From the IMG/VR virus record IMGVR_UViG_3300019763_000006, positions 24,326 through 88,325 of that record: DNA of 64,000 nucleotides, one strand, 5' to 3'. This stretch comes from a virus. Below the pieces are notes generated by a model. That model ran no database searches. It was not told where the DNA came from and was given only the letters and a program-made list of their open reading frames with translations. This document shows positions 11,067 through 19,210 of the stretch, piece by piece (the first letter of the stretch is position 1; each line of letters starts with the position of its first letter). Position numbers and translations under genes: made by a program.

Positions 11067-11360
11067 ATGGTAAAAAGACCTTATTTCAACACGATATCAA
11101 CTACAACAGCAGGTGGTTCAGTATCTCTACCATCAGGATTAAAAATCTTGTATATTACTAATGATGATGATACTAATTTTACAAAAATATCAATTAATGC
11201 AGCAATTGGTACTGCAAATAATGATGAAGCTACTATTTTAGCAACAAAATCATTAGATTTTACAAATTCATGTGAGCAAATCGGAGGAAATAATTTAACG
11301 CTTTACTTTAAAGCAGATACTGCGGCTGTAGCGGTAACTATTATTGGATATATTTCATAA
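11067..11360 (+). CDS. Small beta-rich protein, possibly a virion accessory
   Basis: 97 aa, Thr/Ala/Gly-rich, RBS, followed by a hairpin at 11374-11408. Confidence 0.6.
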   Translation: MVKRPYFNTISTTTAGGSVSLPSGLKILYITNDDDTNFTKISINAAIGTANNDEATILATKSLDFTNSCEQIGGNNLTLYFKADTAAVAVTIIGYIS

Positions 11361-11435
11361 TAATTAGCATTATGTATAGAGAGGAGTGTAAAACGCTTCT
11401 CTTTATACTTAAATATATAAAAAGAAGGTGAAAAT

Positions 11436-11786
11436 ATGGGTTTAGGTGAATTAAGTGCAAGCGGAATAGTAACAAATTATCATTTGTCGATACCTAATAA
11501 TATATGGTACACAACCACAGAAGAAAATGAAGTTATTCCTTTAGTTGATGAAATGAATGGCTATTTAAGACTAATTAATGATATACAAATATTTGCAAAA
11601 GATACTAGTATTATTTATAGACTATGTAGAATAGATAATAAAGTAGATAAAAATATAGGATATTATACAGATGTTATATTCGTTGATAGTAATTCTATAG
11701 ATAGTACAGTTGGTGTTTCAATAAACGCAATACAGATATTAGGATTGGCTGGACAATCTTTTAGATTTAAAGGTAGTCTATATTAG
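11436..11786 (+). CDS. Hypothetical protein
   Basis: 116-aa ORF with GAAGGTG RBS. Confidence 0.55.
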   Translation: MGLGELSASGIVTNYHLSIPNNIWYTTTEENEVIPLVDEMNGYLRLINDIQIFAKDTSIIYRLCRIDNKVDKNIGYYTDVIFVDSNSIDSTVGVSINAIQILGLAGQSFRFKGSLY

Positions 11787-11797
11787 GAGGTGAAAAA

Positions 11798-13078
11798 ATG
11801 TCAAATGATTATAAAAGAATTACATCTAACGCAGGCACAAATATAGATGGTGCAGGATTATCACAATCTAATACAGTATTTGGTGATGGAATTATTGGTA
11901 GCAGAGTACCTACAGGATTAGGACAATTCTTTTATGGAATAGATGATAGATTCGCAGATTCGACTATTACAAACGGTGGAAGTATAACAATTACTGGAGG
12001 CGTTGGATATGAAAATTTATTAACGGTTTCAACATCTACAACACCAAATTCAAGTGCTATTACTCAAAATACAGAATATTTAAGATATGTTCCAAGTTAT
12101 GAGTTTGGTATGTTTTTTACAATGTTAGCAAATAAGCCAAATGGGGATGGATATATTAAAGGTGGTTTATTTGATGGCGATAATGGGTTTTGGATAGGTT
12201 ATAAGGAAATAGATGGAATCCAAGAATTTGGAATATGTAGAGTAAAAGATGGATTAGAATATTTTATAAAACAAGAAGAATTTAATATAGATACTTTGGA
12301 TGGAAATGGTAGAAGTGGTATGGTATTAAATCCATCATTTGGTAATATTTATAGAATAAGAGGTGGATATTTAGGATTTGCAGAGATACTTTTTGAGATT
12401 ATATCTCCTAAAGGTGAAATAATATTGTTTCATAGAATAGAGTATCCAAATTCAAGTTTTGAAACTCATGTATCAAATACCAATCTTTTAGCAAGGATAG
12501 AAGTTTTTAATGGTACAACCGCAGAAGATGTAGTAGCTAAATTTGGCTCATATTGTACTTATGTAGTAGATGGAAATAGTGCAGATAAAAATAACAGAAA
12601 TTTTTCATTAGGTATTGCAAATTTAGAATTAAGCGCAGTTACTTCATACAATAGAGATACTATTATTTCATTCAGAAGTGCTAAAACATTTCAAGGGAAT
12701 TTAATGCCTACAGCCAAGCCGAATAAGATTTTTTCGTTACTTAATTTTTTCTCATTATCTTTAAATGGACAAAATAAAACAGGACTTATAGAATTAATAA
12801 AAATTAGTTCTGACAATAATCTAACTGGAACTTTTACATCAAAAGACTCTGGAAATTCTACAATCTCATATTCAACAAATGCTACTTATGATTTTGATGG
12901 TAGTGAAGAAGTTGTATTTTCAACATCCTTTAAAAGTACTGATGATATAATTAGTTTATTAGTTCAAGAATTAAATCTAATTTTAAAACCAGGAGAAGAT
13001 ATGGTTTTTGCAATTACAAGTTCTACAACTTTAGATATAGATAGTACATTTTCAATAGCTTGGAGTGAATTATTTTAA
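11798..13078 (+). CDS. Beta-rich putative virion structural protein
   Basis: 426 aa, Gly/Ser/Thr-rich, GGAGG RBS. Confidence 0.6.
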   Translation: MSNDYKRITSNAGTNIDGAGLSQSNTVFGDGIIGSRVPTGLGQFFYGIDDRFADSTITNGGSITITGGVGYENLLTVSTSTTPNSSAITQNTEYLRYVPSYEFGMFFTMLANKPNGDGYIKGGLFDGDNGFWIGYKEIDGIQEFGICRVKDGLEYFIKQEEFNIDTLDGNGRSGMVLNPSFGNIYRIRGGYLGFAEILFEIISPKGEIILFHRIEYPNSSFETHVSNTNLLARIEVFNGTTAEDVVAKFGSYCTYVVDGNSADKNNRNFSLGIANLELSAVTSYNRDTIISFRSAKTFQGNLMPTAKPNKIFSLLNFFSLSLNGQNKTGLIELIKISSDNNLTGTFTSKDSGNSTISYSTNATYDFDGSEEVVFSTSFKSTDDIISLLVQELNLILKPGEDMVFAITSSTTLDIDSTFSIAWSELF

Positions 13079-13149
13079 TGTAGATAAAATGGCGATTTTA
13101 AATAATCGTCATTTACATAATAAAAATATTTTTATAAGGAGAGATAAAA

Positions 13150-13539
13150 ATGAAAAGTAATATAATAGGCATAGTTATGGGAATTATATTAACAATAGGA
13201 GGGATTTTTGGATTTTACGTTATAGAAAAAGAAGTAGAATTATATAAACCACCAATTGAGGAATTGCAAGATAATTTAGATGCAATTCAAGGAGTAGGAG
13301 ATACCCTAAAAATTAGAATAGGCAACGGATTATATATATGGATTGATGAAATAAATGAAATAAATGAGGATAGATTAAATAAAATTGACAAATATAACAT
13401 GTTTATGTTAATATTTAGTATAATAGGATTACTATTTATTATTTTTAATTTATTAATGATATTAATAAGGACAAGTGAATTACATTTAATTAAAGAACAT
13501 AGAGCAACACAAGAAATCATTTTAACAGAAGAAAAGTAG
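13150..13539 (+). CDS. Membrane protein with 2 TM segments
   Basis: Two clear hydrophobic segments. Confidence 0.6.
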   Translation: MKSNIIGIVMGIILTIGGIFGFYVIEKEVELYKPPIEELQDNLDAIQGVGDTLKIRIGNGLYIWIDEINEINEDRLNKIDKYNMFMLIFSIIGLLFIIFNLLMILIRTSELHLIKEHRATQEIILTEEK

Positions 13540-13944
13540 GTGTTTTATATGAATAGTTTAAAGGAGAGTTTGAATGGTTTATATGAAATTAATAAAATCA
13601 ATAATAATAAAGATATAATTGAAAAAATAATAAAAAGGTTTATTCCTAAATTATATGAAAGACATGGCTATCATTATACGGTAAATTGTTATGGAGATGA
13701 GGATTTATATATAAATTATAATGGTAAAAATTTATTTTTTAAAGTAGATAAAAATGGTATTATTGTATTGTATGATTTGAATTGTTCTGTAAATTATAAA
13801 AGAAAGCATAAATACCATAAACAAAAAAGTTTTAGAAGCTGGATAAATGCAATAAGCTATTTGAAAACTTTGCATCTTCCTAAAAATATGAATAAAAAGA
13901 GAATGAAAAGTTCAATTGATAGAATGTTTGATAAAATTAAATAA
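13540..13944 (+). CDS. Basic hypothetical protein
   Basis: 134-aa ORF, Lys/His/Tyr-rich. Confidence 0.55.
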   Translation: MFYMNSLKESLNGLYEINKINNNKDIIEKIIKRFIPKLYERHGYHYTVNCYGDEDLYINYNGKNLFFKVDKNGIIVLYDLNCSVNYKRKHKYHKQKSFRSWINAISYLKTLHLPKNMNKKRMKSSIDRMFDKIK

Positions 13945-13982
13945 AGAAAGGAGGATTGAGAAGAAAGGAAAGGTGATATAAT

Positions 13983-14996
13983 ATGGCAAATAATAACGTA
14001 AAAATGAATACATTAAGGAATAGAGCTACTAAATCAGATGATATAACAGAAGAAATGTGGAATAAAGTAAATGAATCAAGTAGATATTTTTATGATGAAT
14101 ATTTTAAATTGAATTCTAATTTAAGCCCAGATACATTGATACAATATAAAAGTGCATTAAGAATATTCTTTTATTATATTTATGAAAATTGTAAAAATAA
14201 AAATATATGGAAGATAAAAAAGACAGATTTTATAAAATATGTTAATTTTTTAGAAAATAATGGGCTATCTTCAAGTGCGATTAAAGTTAAAAGATATGCT
14301 GTGAGTAGTTTTTGTAATACGATGGAAATTATATCAGAGGAAATAGAAGAAGACGATGATTATCCAGATATGTGTACTTTTAGACATTTTGCAAGAGTCA
14401 AAATTGAGGTTGCGAAAAATCAAACTTACGAAAAAATTCCAATCACAAGAGCAGAATATGAAAAGGTTATGGAAAAATTAAAAGAAGATAATGATATATT
14501 AGCAATTGCTTATTGGGGAATAGCTTTTAATATTGGAGCAAGAAGAAGTGAAATGTTACAATTAAAAAGTGATTTAAGTATTAGGGAGAAACAAGATGGT
14601 AAATCTTTTTATTTAAGTGATAATATAAGATTAAAAGGTAAAGGTAAAACGGGTAAGGTTGAAAAATATATGATAAATGATGAAGCCATGGAGTATATTA
14701 AATTTGCAGTTGATAATAAAGGATATGATAGTGAATACATTTTTCAAAATAAAAATGGCAAACCTTTAAGTAGAGCATGGGTGAATAAAATGTTTAAAGA
14801 TAAAATTTCACCGATATTAGGTAGAAGAAGTACTTCACATAATATGAAAAATAGTTGTGCTACTTATTTATTAGAAAACGGGTTCGATATCAAACTTGTA
14901 AGTAAATATGTTTGTCATCATGAGAGTGTAGATGTTACTATGAAGTTTTATGATTTAAGGAATAATGATGAAGAAATAAATGAAATGTTTAAATAA
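13983..14996 (+). CDS. Tyrosine recombinase/integrase family protein
   Basis: Core-binding-like N-domain (LSPDTLIQYKSAL), GARRSE (R), LKGKG (K), SHNMK at the HxxR position, CHHES (H), TMKFYD (Y). Confidence 0.9.
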   Translation: MANNNVKMNTLRNRATKSDDITEEMWNKVNESSRYFYDEYFKLNSNLSPDTLIQYKSALRIFFYYIYENCKNKNIWKIKKTDFIKYVNFLENNGLSSSAIKVKRYAVSSFCNTMEIISEEIEEDDDYPDMCTFRHFARVKIEVAKNQTYEKIPITRAEYEKVMEKLKEDNDILAIAYWGIAFNIGARRSEMLQLKSDLSIREKQDGKSFYLSDNIRLKGKGKTGKVEKYMINDEAMEYIKFAVDNKGYDSEYIFQNKNGKPLSRAWVNKMFKDKISPILGRRSTSHNMKNSCATYLLENGFDIKLVSKYVCHHESVDVTMKFYDLRNNDEEINEMFK

Positions 14997-15088
14997 TTCA
15001 AGATATTCTATATTTGTGATAAGATTCAATGAAAATAATGATTAATTTAAAGATTTTAATTAAATAAAAAAAATTTTAATTAAAACTA

Positions 15089-15118
15089 TTGACTTTGATA
15101 TTTAAAGTATGATATAGT
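15089..15118 (+). promoter_or_regulatory. Sigma-A-type promoter P1
   Basis: TTGACT-18-TATAGT with extended TG and an A-rich UP element. Confidence 0.65.
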
Positions 15119-15229
15119 GAAGTTAAGTTAAATAACTCTTTAATGGAGAAATTTATTTAACTCGACATCCTTTATCGACAAGAGTTTAGTCATTCTATAT
15201 AAAAATGGCTAATTAAAAAATAAAAAGTA

Positions 15230-15259
15230 TTGACATCATTATATTGTATATGATAATAT
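15230..15259 (+). promoter_or_regulatory. Sigma-A-type promoter P2
   Basis: TTGACA-18-TAATAT with extended TG, upstream of ORF 15308. Confidence 0.7.
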
Positions 15260-15307
15260 TAAATAGTATCAAGTAGCAAATATTAGATTATTAAAGGAGA
15301 TTGAATT

Positions 15308-15526
15308 ATGGAAAAATATGAAGAGAGAGCGAGAGAACGTTTTGAAAAATTTAAAGAGGATTATAAATATGATAATCTTGATGAATTCAGATGGGAACAA
15401 AAATTTCTATTAGAAGAAGAATTTAAAACTATTCCAATTACAGAAACACGAAGGAGAAATGATGTATTAAAACTTATTAATGATATGACTGGTAGGATAA
15501 TACAAGATAGTTTTGTAAAAAGATAA
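15308..15526 (+). CDS. Small charged hypothetical protein
   Basis: 72 aa, AAGGAG RBS, own promoter. Confidence 0.65.
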   Translation: MEKYEERARERFEKFKEDYKYDNLDEFRWEQKFLLEEEFKTIPITETRRRNDVLKLINDMTGRIIQDSFVKR

Positions 15527-15579
15527 TAGCATGATAAATATATATTAATCAAGATTGTTATTTTATGACGAATTAATTT

Positions 15580-15752
15580 ATGGGGTCAACTTATAATCGT
15601 CAGCGGTTATAGGTAAGAATTATAATATATGTCATATGGCATGGTTGCTATAAACATAAACAAATTATAGTACTTTAAAAAATAGGTGTTTGTAACTTCA
15701 AAACAAACAGGTGAGGCACTTCATCTAGATAGTGAGAAATCTCAAGTGCCAA
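15580..15752 (+). ncRNA. Candidate structured ncRNA of unknown family
   Basis: Noncoding and locally GC-richer; hairpins cttataatcg/cggttatagg, tgtttgt/acaaaca and ggcactt/aagtgcc. Confidence 0.35.
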
Positions 15753-15783
15753 AATACATATTAAAAATATTTTTAAAAAAGCA

Positions 15784-15813
15784 TTGACAATAATATGTGA
15801 ATTATGACATACT
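15784..15813 (+). promoter_or_regulatory. Sigma-A-type promoter P3
   Basis: TTGACA-18-CATACT with extended TG. Confidence 0.55.
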
Positions 15814-15911
15814 TGAATAGAAAGTTATTTAAAATATTTTTTATAATTTTGTTTGATAATATAAACTTTGGATAGTCACTAATTATTAAACTAAAAAATA
15901 TTATAAAAGTA

Positions 15912-15940
15912 TTGACAAAATTAATTTAATAATATATACT
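15912..15940 (+). promoter_or_regulatory. Sigma-A-type promoter P4
   Basis: TTGACA-17-TATACT upstream of ORF 15985. Confidence 0.75.
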
Positions 15941-15984
15941 AAAATAGTAAAGATTAAAAATTAAATTTTAAAGGAGAGAGCAAA

Positions 15985-16611
15985 ATGGAAAAAATGACAT
16001 TACACAAAGCATTAGGAGAATTAAAAATATTAGATTCAAGGATTGAAAAATCAATTAATAATGGAGTATTTATCACATCAAATAAGAACTCTAATGAAAA
16101 AATTGATGGAATGAGCATTAAAGATTATGAAGATAAAATTATTAAATCTTCATATGATAAAGTAACTGATTTGATTAGTAGAAGAAGAAAAATCAAAGAT
16201 GCATTGACTCATAAAAATTCAGAAATTGAATTTGAAGTGAATAATGAAAAATTTACAATCGCAACTGCTATTGATAGAAAAAATAATCTAAATAAAGAGA
16301 AATTGTTTTTAAATCAATTAAAAAATCAATATTCAAATACGACAAGTATGGTTAATAGAGTTAATTTGCACTTAGAAGAAGAAGCTTTAAATGAAGCTCA
16401 ACGCTTTTTTGAAAACAAAGATAATGTAGATGTTAAAAAAGTAAAAGCTTTACAAGATGATTATATAGAAAATAGAAAAATGAATCTAATAGACCCATTA
16501 GGAATTAGAGAAAAAATTGAAGAATTAGAATTAAGTATCCAAGTTTTTGAAAGAGAAATTGATTATAAATTATCTGAATTAAATGCAATAAATTTTATTG
16601 AAATAGAATAA
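15985..16611 (+). CDS. Coiled-coil protein resembling the DIP1984/septicolysin-like family
   Basis: MTLHKALGELKILDSRI, TIATAIDRK, DPLGI and EIDYKLSELNA..IEI motifs; family call is from memory and unverified. Confidence 0.6.
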   Translation: MEKMTLHKALGELKILDSRIEKSINNGVFITSNKNSNEKIDGMSIKDYEDKIIKSSYDKVTDLISRRRKIKDALTHKNSEIEFEVNNEKFTIATAIDRKNNLNKEKLFLNQLKNQYSNTTSMVNRVNLHLEEEALNEAQRFFENKDNVDVKKVKALQDDYIENRKMNLIDPLGIREKIEELELSIQVFEREIDYKLSELNAINFIEIE

Positions 16612-16755
16612 AACAATTAATAAGATTATATCCATCATTAAACGAAACCATAAACAATATACATTTAGATTGGTTTTATGCAATTACTAACTAAATTAAA
16701 AAATAAAAGAAATTGCATACTATGCTTATAGTAAACATTAATAAAAAACAAAAAT

Positions 16756-16785
16756 ATTTGGTATAATACCATTTGGTATAATACC
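16756..16785. repeat. 15-bp tandem duplication of a palindromic unit
   Basis: atttggtataatacc x2. Confidence 0.9.
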
Positions 16786-16792
16786 ATAAGTA

Positions 16793-16897
16793 TAAAAGTT
16801 TAAAACTGTAAAAATAAAAGTTTAAAATTGTAAAAATAAAAGTTTAAATTGTGTAAAGATTAAATTGTAAAAATTAATGTTATAAAAATATATAAAA
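16793..16897 (+). repeat. 22-bp tandem repeat built from 6-10-nt TAA(A) subunits
   Basis: taaaagtttaaaactgtaaaaa / taaaagtttaaaattgtaaaaa / taaaagtttaaattgtgtaaaga, then degenerate units. Confidence 0.85.
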
Positions 16898-16984
16898 TCT
16901 TACACCTACAGTTTGTAGTATGTATATTTTGACTCATGGGTTTCTGGTAAGCTGTTTAGTGGTGGATAATCTTTTAAGTAATAT

Positions 16985-17060
16985 AAGGGTGTAGTTCAGA
17001 GAGTAGAACATCGGTCTCCAAAATCGAATGTCGTAGGTTAAAGTCCTACCACCCTTGCCA
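16985..17060 (+). tRNA. trnW: tRNA-Trp (CCA)
   Basis: 76-nt cloverleaf: acceptor aagggtg/caccctt, anticodon loop ctCCAaa, T stem gtagg/cctac, encoded 3' CCA; D and T loops atypical. Confidence 0.9.
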
Positions 17061-17195
17061 AAATTAAATTATGGCATTCTAAAAGATGTAAGTCCATTTA
17101 TAAAAATATATCACATGAATTACAACAAAGAACTTAGAACAAAAATGTTATGTTAGAATTGTCTACATTTCCTTGAGCAAGAAGTGTAGCGTACA

Positions 17196-17252
17196 TAAAA
17201 GTTAAATTTTATTGATAAAATTAGATTTTTAGATGTTGAAATTTCAACGTTT
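17196..17252. repeat. Dispersed bipartite element, copy 1
   Basis: taaaa-gttaaa-tttta, then agatgttgaaatttcaacgttt at 17231; a second core lies at 17216-17231. Confidence 0.75.
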
Positions 17253-17510
17253 ATAAAAATGATAAAATTAAATATTTGGTTTGCAGACATATAAACACTA
17301 TGTTTATGCAAGGGCGGTGTAGATATGGGTTATGAAAGTATATTGTAAGATATAATGAGTAATAATGGCAATATTGAGGTAGGATTAATTTTAGATGTAG
17401 AGATAGGTTGAGAAGTCATGAGCTTAACTGACAAGGTGTCAACTTTCGAGGCATTTTCTCTATATTTATCTTGGTGAGAAGTAGATATACGGAAGGTATG
17501 TGATTTTATA

Positions 17511-19037
17511 GTGTGTGAAGACAAGAAAAAATTAATAAAATTTGAGGATATTAATAATATTGATTTAAGCAAATTTCCAAAATGGAATATACAACAAGTA
17601 GAAGAATTAAAAGATTTTATAATAAAAGATTCTGAACATATTGAAAAAGTTTGCGATATTATAAATAAAACACCAAGAGAAGTAGCATTTTTAATAAGTG
17701 ATTTAGTATTAAATTTAAAATCATCAAATTTTAGAGTTAGATTTAATTTAAAATGTGATATTTGTGGCAAGATAGTAAATCGAACTGTTTTTAGAGTAAA
17801 GAGGTCTAAAAATATATATTGTAGTAGTGAATGTTCAACTAAAAGTCATATGAATGGTCGATATGTAAAATGTATGAATTGCGGAAAAATGGTTTATAAA
17901 AATCCTACAAATCAAGCAAAATCTAAAAATTTATTTTGTAGCAAAAAATGTGCAGATATTTATAATTCAAAACAAAAAATAACTAGAGTTACCCTTATTT
18001 GTAAATTTTGTGGGAAAGAATATGAAGTTAGTAAATACAAAGAATTTACATCTAAATATTGTTCTAATGAATGTAGACATAAATATGAATCAAAATATAA
18101 TATTGGGATTAATAATAAAAGATTTAGTTCAGAAATGGTAAAATGTGACTATTGTGGAGAATATCATTTGAAATCTCAATGCCATTTAAAAGAAGGTAAA
18201 AAGAATTTTTGTAGTAATATATGTAGACAAAAATGGTTTAGTGAAGTATATTCGCAAAATGAAGATTATAAAGAATATAGACGTAAAAATGCAGTAAAAA
18301 TACTAGAAGATGGACTGATTCCACAAGTAAATACATCTATACAATTAAAAATAAATAAATTACTATCTGATTTAAATATAAACTATATTAATGAGAAAGG
18401 GTTTAAATATTATTCAATTGATAATTATTTATACGAGTATAACTTATGTATAGAGGTTATGGGAACATATTGGCATACTGACCATAGAAAATATAAAGAA
18501 ATTAATTATTCAAAACAAGTTGATAGAATAATTAAAGATAAGGCAAAACAATCTTATATAACAAACCATTATAATACTCATATTTTATATTTATGGGAAT
18601 ATGATATAGATAATTATTATAATGAATGCAAGAAATTAATTTTGGAATTTGTTAAAAATAAAGGTATTTTAAATAAATATCATAGCTTTAATTATACAAA
18701 TGATATAAACGGTGTAGCATATATGAATATGGAGATAAAAAGTGTTAATAAAATAGTCAATACTACTGTTAAAAAAGAGAGATGTAAAAAAGATGAATCA
18801 AAATGGATAAAATATAAATGTGATTATTGTGGTAAAGAATGTGAAGAATTAATATCACATTATAAAAAGAAAGATAATCATTGTTGTTCAAGAAATTGTG
18901 CATATAAACTTAAAACTTTTAATCATTCTATAAGAACTAAATGTTCAAAATGTGGTAGGACAATTTTTATTAAAGAAAAACAATATAAAACATACAAAAA
19001 ATATGTTTGTAAAGATAATATTTTTAATAAAAATTAA
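17511..19037 (+). CDS. Multi-Zn-finger Vsr/DUF559-like (homing) endonuclease
   Basis: Repeated CxxC...CSxxC fingers flank IDNYL..NLCIEVMGTYWH...DKAK...LWEYDI, a Vsr-like nuclease core. Confidence 0.75.
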   Translation: MCEDKKKLIKFEDINNIDLSKFPKWNIQQVEELKDFIIKDSEHIEKVCDIINKTPREVAFLISDLVLNLKSSNFRVRFNLKCDICGKIVNRTVFRVKRSKNIYCSSECSTKSHMNGRYVKCMNCGKMVYKNPTNQAKSKNLFCSKKCADIYNSKQKITRVTLICKFCGKEYEVSKYKEFTSKYCSNECRHKYESKYNIGINNKRFSSEMVKCDYCGEYHLKSQCHLKEGKKNFCSNICRQKWFSEVYSQNEDYKEYRRKNAVKILEDGLIPQVNTSIQLKINKLLSDLNINYINEKGFKYYSIDNYLYEYNLCIEVMGTYWHTDHRKYKEINYSKQVDRIIKDKAKQSYITNHYNTHILYLWEYDIDNYYNECKKLILEFVKNKGILNKYHSFNYTNDINGVAYMNMEIKSVNKIVNTTVKKERCKKDESKWIKYKCDYCGKECEELISHYKKKDNHCCSRNCAYKLKTFNHSIRTKCSKCGRTIFIKEKQYKTYKKYVCKDNIFNKN

Positions 19038-19051
19038 AGGAGAGAATAATA

Positions 19052-19207
19052 ATGAAAAAAGGGAATAATAATATAATAGCAATAATATTAATAATACTAT
19101 CAACTGTACTTGCGGTAAAATATCCATTTATATTAGGGTTGTTAGTAGTTATAAGTGTTATAAAAATATTTGGAATGGTATTAAATAAAAATAAAAAGGA
19201 GAAATAA
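19052..19207 (+). CDS. Small membrane protein (51 aa, not in the ORF track)
   Basis: AGGAG RBS; MKKGNNNIIAIILIILSTVLAVKYPFILGLLVVISVIKIFGMVLNKNKKEK. Confidence 0.55.
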   Translation: MKKGNNNIIAIILIILSTVLAVKYPFILGLLVVISVIKIFGMVLNKNKKEK

Positions 19208-19210
19208 TTT

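Larger units (their letters stand above)
16622..16973 (+). ncRNA. Candidate ~350-nt structured RNA with pseudoknot and periodic A-rich tract
   Basis: 5' end aagattatatccatcattaaac pairs with 3' end gtttagtggtggataatctt (with G-U pairs); gaaaccat/atgggtttc and aatatacat/atgtatatt helices; no ORF. Confidence 0.65.

Noticed and set aside
13983-15060. Prophage boundary/att site at the recombinase
   Set aside because: Phage tail genes continue on both sides, and no host genes or att core duplication are visible
15685-15752. tRNA-Sec or opal suppressor (cttcaaa loop), or tmRNA
   Set aside because: The loop is 9 nt, there is no matching acceptor/D/T arrangement around it, and there is no tmRNA-like 3' end or tag ORF; kept only as an unassigned RNA candidate
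16756-16897. CRISPR-like array
   Set aside because: The repeats are contiguous with no unique spacers, and no cas genes are in the window
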